Origin: Promethearchaeati archaeon
GTDB lineage: Archaea; Asgardarchaeota; Heimdallarchaeia; Heimdallarchaeales; Heimdallarchaeaceae
DNA: 64,000 bases
Direction of reading: 5' to 3'
Assembly (NCBI GenBank): GCA_013166775.1
Contig: JABLTJ010000010.1
Coordinates: 32,746 to 96,745, forward strand
Positions 1-9,418 of this stretch are shown here, in pieces. The first letter of the stretch is position 1, and each line of letters opens with the position of its first letter. The notes beneath the pieces were generated by a model. That model saw only the letters and a program-made list of their open reading frames with translations, was not told where the DNA came from and did no database searches. Both the position numbers and the translations under genes were made by a program.

Positions 1-1
1 A

Positions 2-727
2 CAAAATTTCGTTACTAAACTAAATCTTAAACTTGTCAAGCTTCTGAATAAACCCTATGTTAATGAAGGGGATGACGAAGAAAAAATTGTAAGCAAAGAT
101 TTTATTCATCTGAAAGTTTTTCCAGAACTTTTATACAATTGCTTGAATTATTATCTTCAATTACTTAATATCGATACTTCAATGAACTGGAGTGAAGACA
201 AAATCAAAATCCCAAACAGGAACTATATTCAATCTTTTCTTTATCATAGATATTACAATGCTTTGGTTTTAACAGAGATATTGGAGAGAAATCTAGCTGT
301 TCAGATTTTCAAAGATTATATTGATTCTTATGTTAAATCACAATCAACAGATTGGAGAAAATACGAGAACTTAGAAGAATTTAGGGAAGCTAGAATACCT
401 AAGAAAGATGATCCACCTAACATAGGCTGGATTATTGTACAAGGAATTATTGAAAATGGTAAATACCCTCAGAAAAAAATAACATGTATGTGGGCTGATG
501 CTATCACAGATTTACCTGACACTGAATTAAAATATCTTGCAGCATGTTATGGAGATTTTCAAGGATATAATAATAATAATGAGAATTTTGTATTAACAAT
601 GAGTCATACAATTGTTGAAGGATATCCTTATTGCGATTGTATTGTACATGATATAAGAGTAAACAAAGATCTAACACATCCACCAAAGGAATTTTTTGAT
701 AACATATGGCAATTGAAAGAAGATTGA
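2..727 (+). CDS. L-2-amino-thiazoline-4-carboxylate hydrolase-like (V4R-type fold) protein, 5'-partial
   Basis: Frame is open from base 2 (QNFVTKLNLK...), upstream of the ORF-track start at 143. C-terminal motifs TCMWADA, ACYGDF, HTIVEGYPYCDC. Collinear with the next gene. Confidence 0.7.
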   Translation, partial: QNFVTKLNLKLVKLLNKPYVNEGDDEEKIVSKDFIHLKVFPELLYNCLNYYLQLLNIDTSMNWSEDKIKIPNRNYIQSFLYHRYYNALVLTEILERNLAVQIFKDYIDSYVKSQSTDWRKYENLEEFREARIPKKDDPPNIGWIIVQGIIENGKYPQKKITCMWADAITDLPDTELKYLAACYGDFQGYNNNNENFVLTMSHTIVEGYPYCDCIVHDIRVNKDLTHPPKEFFDNIWQLKED

Positions 728-740
728 AATTTGCAAAAAA

Positions 741-747
741 GAGGTGA
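741..747 (+). promoter_or_regulatory. Shine-Dalgarno-like site GAGGTGA
   Basis: GAGGTGA ends 4 nt before ATG 752, supporting 752 rather than TTG 731 as the start. Confidence 0.6.
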
Positions 748-751
748 AAAA

Positions 752-1624
752 ATGGAGTTTGAAAAAATAGGCGTTTATAATCCAGATGCTTTGTATGCTT
801 TACAGGAGATACAACCTCTGGAATTTGCACTGCGTTCACCAATTAAGCGTTTAGATTTTATAATAGGCTTTCTTAAAAAAAGGAAACCAGAAATTGTAGA
901 AGCTTATGTTAAAAAGCTTGAAGAAAAATACGGAAAATTGGCGACAAAATCATACGTTGATCAATCTGATATTGATATTAAGAAAATGATATCGGATTTA
1001 TCAAATCTAAAGGAGTTTCCTGATTTAGCGAAAAGAAGTCTAAATCTTTTTCTTAACTTACTAGAGATTGAAGATAATACTGACTGGATCAAAGAAAAGA
1101 CAAAAATCATTCAGAAGAATTATATTAAATCATTCTTGGGACCAAAATATTACAACATTGAGAGCTTAGTGAATATAATTGAAAGAGAAGAAGCAGTTCA
1201 GTTATACAAGAATTATATTACTGAATTTATGATCGATTACTATAAAGATATGGAAGATAATGTAGAAGATCTAGATGCTTTTTGGAAAAAACGCTTCCAA
1301 AACTATGCGGAAGATGAATCAGATCATTGGGTTGTCATTCATAGTAAACCTAACAAAGGTAAACTGATTTACCGAAAAGATGTTTGTCTTTGGATTGATG
1401 CTATGGAGGATTTTACAGATACAGAGTTTAAATATCTAGTGTGCTGTTATGGTGATTTTCAAGGAGCTAAAAGAGAGAATAAGCATTTCATATTAACAAT
1501 GGATCATACAATTGCAAAAGGTGATCCTTTTTGTAGTTGTATTCTCCATGATACAAGGATCGATTGGGATCTAACACATCCCCCAAAAGAATTTTGGGAT
1601 AGCATTTGGCCATTACAGGAATAG
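752..1624 (+). CDS. ATC-hydrolase-like (V4R-type fold) protein, tandem paralog
   Basis: Motifs VCLWIDA, CCYGDF, HTIAKGDPFCSC, DLTHPPKEFWD are shared with the upstream gene. Confidence 0.72.
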   Translation: MEFEKIGVYNPDALYALQEIQPLEFALRSPIKRLDFIIGFLKKRKPEIVEAYVKKLEEKYGKLATKSYVDQSDIDIKKMISDLSNLKEFPDLAKRSLNLFLNLLEIEDNTDWIKEKTKIIQKNYIKSFLGPKYYNIESLVNIIEREEAVQLYKNYITEFMIDYYKDMEDNVEDLDAFWKKRFQNYAEDESDHWVVIHSKPNKGKLIYRKDVCLWIDAMEDFTDTEFKYLVCCYGDFQGAKRENKHFILTMDHTIAKGDPFCSCILHDTRIDWDLTHPPKEFWDSIWPLQE

Positions 1625-1665
1625 CAGAATAAATAAAAAAATTAAGTGTTAATATATTGTAATGT

Positions 1666-2157
1666 TTACTCAACTTTACTAAGAATCTGGAGAAAGAATA
1701 AACCTAGAGTGTTTTTGTGAAATAGAGTGTATATCCCAACAACTCCAACTGCAAGTAACAATATCAAAGGATATGGTAATGCAAATAGTCTATTCTCAAT
1801 TAGTACTCTTATACCTAGATACAACACATAGATTGTCAAAGCTGAACCTGCTGAATATATACTTGTTAGGAGGAACCATCCTGATTTTTTCTTATTAATA
1901 AAAAGTAAATTCGCTGCTAAGCTTATTATTGCTAAGATAAGAAAAATGGTTCCAACCAATTTGAATAAAGGATCAAAATCAGGTAAATCGTCAATTTCCC
2001 CATCTGGTAAGTAAGAAGACCCTCTTGAGATAATTAAAAGAAATGTACCTATACCCATTCCCAAAACTGCTAGTATGTAAGTTAGAATGATGGTTGTTTT
2101 TCCTTGAGAAGAGAATGCTTCAGAGTCATCTGGATAGAAAAATGATAAATTGCTCAT
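1666..2157 (-). CDS. hypothetical membrane protein (about 4 TM)
   Basis: 163-aa ORF with four hydrophobic segments. Confidence 0.65.
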   Translation of the reverse strand: MSNLSFFYPDDSEAFSSQGKTTIILTYILAVLGMGIGTFLLIISRGSSYLPDGEIDDLPDFDPLFKLVGTIFLILAIISLAANLLFINKKKSGWFLLTSIYSAGSALTIYVLYLGIRVLIENRLFALPYPLILLLAVGVVGIYTLFHKNTLGLFFLQILSKVE

Positions 2158-2227
2158 TATTTTAACAAAGGTTCAGATATTTATAAAAATTCCATCTCTA
2201 GAAAGAAGAAGAAAACTTGCTAGACAA

Positions 2228-3010
2228 CTATTTTGCTGGTTTTTCATTTGCTACAGAATTTCTCATAGTAAGTTTCAGAGATGTAAATAGTGCTGCAAAT
2301 CCTAATGTCCCTGCAATAATAAAGAATGGCCATAGTTCTCTGTATTCAAGGAGATTGAAGTACACGAACAGCATACTAGTACTAATTCCTAAAAACATTG
2401 ACCATCCCCAGTAAAACAATGAATCTATCCATGTTATAGTTGGTTTTTTTAGACCAAAATATGCAATAATCGCAAATCCACTCCACATACCTATTCCTAT
2501 TATTGGATATATTTGCCATTCTTCCCAATTGAAAAATAATCCAAAACCCAAAGCAAGCATAGCAGTCAAAGTTGTGAGAAATAGAATTACGGTCCATAAA
2601 GTTAATAGATAGAGAGGTTTACGCTGTTTCTCCATCAATGAGAAATGAATTCCTCCTGCCCATTATACTAAATGAAAAGTAACCATAACAGGCATAGCTT
2701 GAAAATCCTCCACGCTCCTAAATTGGAATAAGCAAGAGCAATCATACTGATAGTAGTTGCCATAAACAGAAAGAACAACCAAATTATGATTGTTATTGTA
2801 GGTTGAATATACCTTTTTCTAAAAACGAGATAAAAAATCGTCATCAAAACTATGAGAACTACCATTCCGAATAGGACTACAAAACCACTCCAGACCAGAT
2901 AAATCATGCCGAAGAACAAACACAAATAAAATCCCTATTATACTACTAATTATCCAAGTCCAAATAGTTAAGCCAAACAGGTATTTTTGTCTTTCTTTTA
3001 TTGAAATCAT
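2228..3010 (-). pseudogene. disrupted multi-TM membrane protein with internal repeats (fragments 2819..3010, 2668..2925, 2228..2638)
   Basis: Fragments share a basic-patch + hydrophobic-W unit (KERQKYLFGLTIW / RKRYIQPTITIIIW / EKQRKPLYLLTLW / KKPTITWIDSLFYW). They join via frameshifts near 2925 and ~2710 and an in-frame TAA at 2663-2665. 2228..2638 could still be expressed alone. Confidence 0.5.
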
Positions 3011-3214
3011 TAAATTACGCTTTTATACATTAATATAATTTCACTATAAGAATAATGAAAATCTATCAAATTATCCTATTTATTTGTGTATATTCCCAGT
3101 ACATCCCATTCAAAAAATTTTATAAAAAAAGAAAAGAAGTCTAAAGAGATTGTGTAAGAGTAGATAATAATAAACTTAAAGTTTGATTGTTACTTACTTG
3201 AATTACTTGCTGAC

Positions 3215-3412
3215 TTAGACTGTAGTTACGTTTGTTGCTTGAGTACCTCTATCGGTATCTTCAACTTCGAATTCAACCTCATCTCCTTCTCTGAGATCAT
3301 CAAATTCACCTGAAACTGCTGTGCGGTGGAAAAAGAGATCTTTTTCTTCTCCTTCAACAGTGATGAATCCATAACCTTTGTCTGAGATGATTCTTTTGAT
3401 ATTTCCTTTCAA
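3215..3412 (-). CDS. cspA: cold-shock domain protein (CspA family)
   Basis: RNP1 KGYGFI and RNP2 DLFFH; 65 aa; TTG start with TGAGGA upstream. Confidence 0.93.
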   Translation of the reverse strand: MKGNIKRIISDKGYGFITVEGEEKDLFFHRTAVSGEFDDLREGDEVEFEVEDTDRGTQATNVTTV

Positions 3413-3475
3413 ATTAATTCCTCAATTTAGTTATTTGTTAGAATCCTGTTAGAGATTCTTTAATTAAAAATGGAT

Positions 3476-3510
3476 ATTCAGAAATTAGTTAATCTTTTAA
3501 GAGTTAAACA
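3476..3510 (-). promoter_or_regulatory. conserved element upstream of csp gene 1
   Basis: attcagaaattagttaatcttttaagagttaaaca resembles 5393..5429; both lie 63-64 nt from their start codons. Confidence 0.5.
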
Positions 3511-3598
3511 GAAATCTAAACCATCTTATTTTTAATTGTAATAAAAAATTGATTTATCGCCTAATAAAGTATACTATTAATACAAACTAATAATCAGA

Positions 3599-3982
3599 TT
3601 ACAAACCCTGCAATAAAATATAGTGAATATTGTAAATTATTCTCTGAAGTTTACCATCCTTTTGAGTTTTTTCATAGATTTCTTTGATTTTAATTTCATT
3701 ACCTGTTTTGCCAATTACAGAATATTCTTCCTCTGTTCTTGTATATTTAAGATCAAATTCCTCTTCAAAGAATACTTCGAGATAATCGATCTTTCCATTC
3801 TCTAACGCATCTTCAAATTCATCATATGAGAGCCCAAATCCCTTTTCTGGAGGATGAACGCCTTGTTTTATTAATTTAAGAACAATATCTTCATGGTTAC
3901 AAGCTGGGCATTGTATGATATCAAATAGGGTTTCATAATCTTCATCAAACCTGTTTTGGCACTTTTTACAGTAAAACTTCAT
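3599..3982 (-). CDS. Zn-ribbon-containing hypothetical protein
   Basis: N-terminal CKKC...CPAC. Confidence 0.65.
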   Translation of the reverse strand: MKFYCKKCQNRFDEDYETLFDIIQCPACNHEDIVLKLIKQGVHPPEKGFGLSYDEFEDALENGKIDYLEVFFEEEFDLKYTRTEEEYSVIGKTGNEIKIKEIYEKTQKDGKLQRIIYNIHYILLQGL

Positions 3983-4115
3983 TTATTTGTATTAGTGATA
4001 CTAGTTTAAAAAACTATACAAATCAAATATTACTTATAGAAATTTCCACTATTTTCTCTTTTCTAAGATAATAGAACAACACAACTTATTTAAAATTCAA
4101 TTACAGTTTTCATAT

Positions 4116-4505
4116 ATGAGTGAACGTGAAGTAAAATATTACAAGATGTTAGCTAAGAAATATGAAACTGCTGAAAAAATGTTTGAAGCAAAAGAAGACT
4201 ATGATGAATTAGAAGCTGATAAAGCTAGTTTTCAGAAAAAACAAGCTAGGGGAAATGCTGAAGTACAAGAACAGCAGCTAAAAATAGTAAAGTTAAGAAA
4301 TGATGGTAAAGAAGATAAAGCTCTGAAACAAGAAATGAAATTAAAGAAGAAAGAAGCAAATATTGCTCAATTCAAAAGAACAATTCAGGAAATTCAATCG
4401 AAAATAGAAAAGAAGAAACTAGAAGTTCTTAAAAATGAAGGTGAACTTCAAAAAATAGAAACCCAGTTAAGAGCGGATTTTGCAGAAAAATTTACACAAA
4501 TGTAA
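4116..4505 (+). CDS. coiled-coil helical-hairpin protein
   Basis: 129 aa, K/E/Q-rich heptad pattern. Confidence 0.7.
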   Translation: MSEREVKYYKMLAKKYETAEKMFEAKEDYDELEADKASFQKKQARGNAEVQEQQLKIVKLRNDGKEDKALKQEMKLKKKEANIAQFKRTIQEIQSKIEKKKLEVLKNEGELQKIETQLRADFAEKFTQM

Positions 4506-4943
4506 ATCATTTGATATTCTTTTCTCTTTATGAACTATAGTTACATAATTTGGAGCTTCTTTTTTTATGCCAAGAAGCCATAACCATCTCTTAAAATCTA
4601 AAATAAATGCAATAATTGTGATTCCTATTTGTGGTAGAAGCACAGCTATACCTGTAAAGATAAATTGACCATAATAATATGCACTTAACATCCCTAAAGC
4701 TGCTGAAAATATTTCTACACTCACCTTAATCTATCCTGGAACGGATAATCCTATAGTTTTTGTATCTAGTGATCTTTTATCACCAGGGGTGTTTAGTAGA
4801 GCTAAAGAAAGAATGCTTAATGCGAATAATAAACCAAATCCATAACATATTAAGATAGCAGATAATAGTAACCATAACCATGTAGTTAATTCTGTTAAGA
4901 ATCTCATAATAGGAGGCACATATAGCTTTTTTGATTCAGACAT
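4467..4943 (-). pseudogene. YrdB/DUF2568-like membrane protein split by an in-frame TAG (4731-4733)
   Basis: ORFs 4731..4943 and 4467..4724 are in the same frame: RFLTEL...NTPGDK...SVPG*IKVSVE. Confidence 0.6.
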
Positions 4944-5080
4944 TTTTAAAACTTCGATCTACTTTCTTTATAAGATAAAAGAGCTAGTATTTACCAAAAT
5001 TAACGATTAACTTCTTTTTTGGTATTTCTCCTATTAAGAATATGTGATAGCATCTAATGCAACCTGTTAAACGACTTCTT

Positions 5081-5118
5081 AAAAAGAAAAGATGTATGAT
5101 ATTTTTTCAATATCGTAC
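5081..5118 (-). terminator. hairpin + U-tract downstream of csp gene 2
   Basis: On the minus strand gtacgatatt/aatatcatac forms a stem with one mismatch (5094..5118), followed by ttttcttttt. Confidence 0.35.
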
Positions 5119-5132
5119 TTTTACTTAGATTC

Positions 5133-5330
5133 TTATATTGTTTTAAGATTTACTGCTTGAAGTCCTCTATCAGTTTCTTCAACATCGAATTCTACATTAT
5201 CTCCTTCTTTTAGATCACCGAATTCAACAGTAACTCCAGATTGATGGAAAAAGATATCTTTCTCATCGTCTTCAGTTTGGATAAAACCAAAGTTTCTATT
5301 ATACATTATTCTTTTGATTGTGCCTTTCAT
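5133..5330 (-). CDS. cspA: cold-shock domain protein (CspA family), second copy
   Basis: NFGFI and DIFFH motifs; 65 aa; GGAGGA upstream. Confidence 0.93.
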   Translation of the reverse strand: MKGTIKRIMYNRNFGFIQTEDDEKDIFFHQSGVTVEFGDLKEGDNVEFDVEETDRGLQAVNLKTI

Positions 5331-5392
5331 TTAGCTTTCCTCCATTTATTTTTCACTTTTAGGAAGTGACATCCAATAAATTGAAACATAGT

Positions 5393-5429
5393 AATCAGAT
5401 GTAGCTAAATCTTGTTAAGAATTAAAACA
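5393..5429 (-). promoter_or_regulatory. conserved element upstream of csp gene 2
   Basis: aatcagatgtagctaaatcttgttaagaattaaaaca resembles 3476..3510. Confidence 0.5.
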
Positions 5430-5561
5430 ATCATAACTAACTAGTTCAAATCTACTTAATTAACACTACATAGAGGGTTCATAAACTATTGGGTAAGCTT
5501 AAATTAAAAAATAAAAGAAGCTCTAGAACAAAATTATAAGTATTCAATCTTTTTCCTACTT

Positions 5562-6161
5562 ATGGAATCAGATTCTAAAAAACCTGATGATGAACAGAGA
5601 ATTCGTAGTCTTCTATACAAAATTCAAAAGGGTTATACTGACAGGGATGAGAATGTGGTCTCTGAATGGGCTGAAGACCTATTTGATGAACGGGTAACGA
5701 TAATTGGTACAAGTTCAATTAAACCTGGAGATTTTGAATGGAGGAATGGACATGCAGCTGCTATTGAAATGTTTAGAAGTGACTGGTTAAATTGGGGAGA
5801 TGTAAAACTTTCAACCGAAGAAGCAGAGATAGATATTGAAGGAAATGCATCATGGGTAGCAGTATATGCAACAGTTACAAGGGATACAAAGAAAAGCGTA
5901 AATCATTCTGCAGAAGTGAGTCGAGAGCGATCATTAAAACGAATAAAGCAGTACTCTGAAAAGGAATGGACAACAAAACAAGCTCTTTACGAGATTATTT
6001 ATGATGCAAGTATGGTTTTAACACAGTACGAAAGAAGTGATATATTTATTTGGCCAATTAGAATAACTCTTGGATTGTTTCAACGAAATAATAAATGGTT
6101 AATAAGACAAGTACACTTTTCATTTCCAGGAAGAGGATTTCCAAATGTAAGATTAGAATAA
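5562..6161 (+). CDS. SnoaL-like / NTF2-fold protein
   Basis: GYTDRD...IIGT...EWRNG pattern and C-terminal RITLGLFQRNNKWLIRQVHFSFP. Confidence 0.75.
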   Translation: MESDSKKPDDEQRIRSLLYKIQKGYTDRDENVVSEWAEDLFDERVTIIGTSSIKPGDFEWRNGHAAAIEMFRSDWLNWGDVKLSTEEAEIDIEGNASWVAVYATVTRDTKKSVNHSAEVSRERSLKRIKQYSEKEWTTKQALYEIIYDASMVLTQYERSDIFIWPIRITLGLFQRNNKWLIRQVHFSFPGRGFPNVRLE

Positions 6162-6257
6162 TAAAACATTTTATTTTCTCTAATTGCTTTGCAAATAGAA
6201 ATATAAATGTTTGAAAAGTAATAACCAACCTCAATAAAATATAATACTTGTGTTAGC

Positions 6258-7121
6258 ATGAATGAACAGGAAAATTTCGATGAAATAGAAAAACAAAAGT
6301 TATTCTCTCCAATTATTATGTTTTTACTATTAAGCTTTGTAATAACTTGGGGATTATCTTTGTTGTTTATCTATCCTCTCAATTTCATTTACCAGATGAG
6401 AAGCTTTGATAGTTTCATTGGTATTCTCTGTACTATTGCTGTTGGATTACAGAGTTTTGGTCCTACATTCGCAGCAATAATAACAATAGTTTATTATGAA
6501 GGTAAAAAAGGTTTGAAAGAATTTGGAAAACGTTTCATAAAAATCAAAGTCAAATTTTATTGGTATCTCCTGGTTTTCTTTTTACCAGTGATAGTTTATT
6601 CTATACCTATCATAGCAAATCTGATTTTTGGTAATCCAAATAATTACTCTTACTTTGATACAAGTATTTGGGGTATAGATGTCTCTGTTATTATAATCAA
6701 TATTGTTTTTGCAGGTTTAGCAGAAGAGCCTGGTTGGAGGGGATTTGCAGTTCCAGAGATGAGTAAGAAGCACCGACCAATCGTAACAGGTATGGTTATT
6801 GGTGTATTCTGGGCTGTATGGCACCTGTTATCGTATATTTACGGTGGAAGATCCTGGTCAACTTTTCCTCAGTTTGTTTTTACAGTTACTATTATCTCGT
6901 GTATCTATGTATGGATCTATATGAAAACAGAAAGTGTTCCCTTAATGATTATATTTCATGTTATGCATAATCTCTCAAATCGAGTATTTATTAAATACCA
7001 TAAACCAATCTGGGGAGGTTTAATCTATCTTCTAGTTCTCTCTTTTATTATCATACTTGATAGATCATTTGTATTTAAAAAACCAAACCTGCTGGATTCT
7101 GAAGAAGAGATTGATTCTTAG
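6258..7121 (+). CDS. CPBP-family intramembrane glutamic endopeptidase (CAAX/Abi)
   Basis: EEPGWRG, WAVWH, HVMHN motifs; multi-TM. Confidence 0.92.
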   Translation: MNEQENFDEIEKQKLFSPIIMFLLLSFVITWGLSLLFIYPLNFIYQMRSFDSFIGILCTIAVGLQSFGPTFAAIITIVYYEGKKGLKEFGKRFIKIKVKFYWYLLVFFLPVIVYSIPIIANLIFGNPNNYSYFDTSIWGIDVSVIIINIVFAGLAEEPGWRGFAVPEMSKKHRPIVTGMVIGVFWAVWHLLSYIYGGRSWSTFPQFVFTVTIISCIYVWIYMKTESVPLMIIFHVMHNLSNRVFIKYHKPIWGGLIYLLVLSFIIILDRSFVFKKPNLLDSEEEIDS

Positions 7122-7235
7122 ATCTTTAATGAAAACAATTTCCCAAAAACCTTTTTCTAAAATGAAAAATGTGTTTTATTCTAATAGATATATATAATCC
7201 GAAACACCATTCAATATTATATCAACATTATATTA

Positions 7236-7448
7236 GTGGTGAAATCATTGGATAGAAAAATCCTCAAAGAAAAACAAAGAGAATTAAAAGAAAATGTACG
7301 AGGAAAACCATACTTCAATACTATAAAACCAAAAATCCGTTTTACGATTGAAGTTTTCAAATTAATTTTTAAAGATATTAAATCTACTAGATTATTTCAT
7401 TCTAAGAAATCGAAAACTCAAGACGAGAAATTGATTGAAGACTCATAA
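7236..7448 (+). CDS. small basic hypothetical protein
   Basis: 70-aa ORF filling the gap; no motif recognised. Confidence 0.4.
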   Translation: MVKSLDRKILKEKQRELKENVRGKPYFNTIKPKIRFTIEVFKLIFKDIKSTRLFHSKKSKTQDEKLIEDS

Positions 7449-7523
7449 TTTCGCTTTAAGCGCGTTCTAAACTTGTTACTCGAAGCGGTTATACTTTTAT
7501 ACATATAACTGAAAAAATAGGAT

Positions 7524-8597
7524 ATGTCTAAATATTCTATTAAATCAAAATTAGGGGACTTAATGAAAAGTCCTAAGGCTAGAGCAGTTTTGGAGAAACA
7601 TTTACCTGGAATCTCTAAAGATCCTCAGCTGAAGAGGGGATTTAAAATGACACTGAAGTTTATTGCTAATATGCCCGGTTCTGGTTTCCCCAAAGAGAAA
7701 CTACCTGATATAGACGCTGATTTGCAGGCTATAATAGAGGATGATGAAGAACTTCTCTCAGTACAAGAAGATGTCGAAGAACCTATTCCCTCAACACTGG
7801 GTTATACTATCAAGGAAATTCCTGAAGCTACGAAAAGGTTGGAAGGAAAAGTTGTAGTTCTTACAGGTGCTAGCGCGGGGCTCGGAAAGCAGATGTCTAT
7901 CCGTCTTGCTCAGGAAGGAGCAAAATTGGCTATATGTGCCAGATCAGTGGATAAGTTGAAGATCACAGCGGATTTATGCGAAGCTGAAGGAGCTGAAGTA
8001 CTAGCTGAAAAGTGCGATGTCTCGAAATATGATGATTTGAAGAAATTTGTTGATAAGACAGTGAAGAAATTCGGAACTATTGATGTCCTTGTTAATAATG
8101 CAAATTATGAAGCAGATCGACAGCTTTTTCTAAATCAAGATGTGGAAGAATTAGACAAAGCTTTACACACAGGTGTTTACGCCCACTGGCACTTGATGAA
8201 ATTAAGCTATCCTTACATGAAAGGAAAATCCTCGTCAATAATCAATTTCACTTCAGGAACCTATCAAGTAGGTTTGGATTTGTATGCTTCTTATGCTGCT
8301 GATAAAGGAGCAATACGTGCTCTTTCTATGGTAGTTGCTCGTGAGTGGGGAGCTGATGGCATTCGAGTGAATACAATTAGTCCTGTTGCCATTACCGATA
8401 CCATCGTGGATAAACTTTCACCAGAATACTCCGCATGGGTAAAAGGTATGATGAAGGACAATGCTATGCAACGGGTTGGTGATCCTTATTCAGATATCGC
8501 ACCAGTTTTGGTCTTCCTTGCCTCAGAGGAGAGCCGATGGATCACAGGACAGAACATCAATGTGGATGGAGGACAAAGAGAGACAATACATATTTAA
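7524..8597 (+). CDS. SDR-family oxidoreductase with an extra N-terminal ~70-aa helical domain
   Basis: TGASAGLG, DVLVNNA, YAADK (YxxxK), WITGQNINVDGG. Confidence 0.9.
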   Translation: MSKYSIKSKLGDLMKSPKARAVLEKHLPGISKDPQLKRGFKMTLKFIANMPGSGFPKEKLPDIDADLQAIIEDDEELLSVQEDVEEPIPSTLGYTIKEIPEATKRLEGKVVVLTGASAGLGKQMSIRLAQEGAKLAICARSVDKLKITADLCEAEGAEVLAEKCDVSKYDDLKKFVDKTVKKFGTIDVLVNNANYEADRQLFLNQDVEELDKALHTGVYAHWHLMKLSYPYMKGKSSSIINFTSGTYQVGLDLYASYAADKGAIRALSMVVAREWGADGIRVNTISPVAITDTIVDKLSPEYSAWVKGMMKDNAMQRVGDPYSDIAPVLVFLASEESRWITGQNINVDGGQRETIHI

Positions 8598-8768
8598 TCC
8601 ATGTTGAAGGATATTCAGTTTATTTTGAGCTTGTATCCTCCTACTTTCTTCTTTCTTTATCAAAAAGACAAATAATTTTTTTATTAGTTACTGATGGACA
8701 ATTAACTTTACGAACTAAATTTGATGAAATAATTTCAGAGTACTTTATATTCTATTACATTGAAAATC

Positions 8769-9350
8769 TTATTTCTGTTCAAGTTTTTTTGCTAAGAAAA
8801 TGTATTTTCCCCATTTTTTTTCCTCTCCTGAAAATCTAACTTCTTCATGTATTATCTCCCATTTATTATTAGACTCTTTTAGTGCATTCTTTAGTAAACC
8901 CTCTCTCAAAGATAAGCTCCCTATGCGTTCATTTGAATAAGGAACTTTTATGAAAAGTAAACCCCCTTCTTTAGTATTCTCTATAAATTTGTTAAGAATA
9001 CCTATTTGTTCAATTTGATAAAAGAAATAATGAAATATGTAACTTAATACAATGATATCAAATTTCTCGGAGAAGCTGTATTCCTGAATATCACAAACCA
9101 CTCCTTTAACCTTAGAATTCTCACGTTTAGCTTTTTCATTCATTATGTCAATAGCTATCTCAGACATATCAATCCCAATAACATCATAACCTAATGATGC
9201 AAGATAGAAACTGTTTCTCCCAAGACCACAAGCAACATCTAAGGCTTTTCCATTATCTACTTCTTCTAGAAACTCTACCAAATCTTCGTCAGGTTCATCA
9301 ACAAAACAAAAAGCGTAATACCACTCTTCATCAGAAGACATAATGTACAC
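8769..9350 (-). CDS. class I SAM-dependent methyltransferase (TehB-like)
   Basis: ALDVACGLGRNS, GIDMS, FDII motifs. Confidence 0.85.
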   Translation of the reverse strand: MYIMSSDEEWYYAFCFVDEPDEDLVEFLEEVDNGKALDVACGLGRNSFYLASLGYDVIGIDMSEIAIDIMNEKAKRENSKVKGVVCDIQEYSFSEKFDIIVLSYIFHYFFYQIEQIGILNKFIENTKEGGLLFIKVPYSNERIGSLSLREGLLKNALKESNNKWEIIHEEVRFSGEEKKWGKYIFLAKKLEQK

Positions 9351-9418
9351 AATATCAAAAAAATCAAATAAATCTTCTTATTTCAAATATAAAATTGCAA
9401 GTTAGCTTATTTACATGT

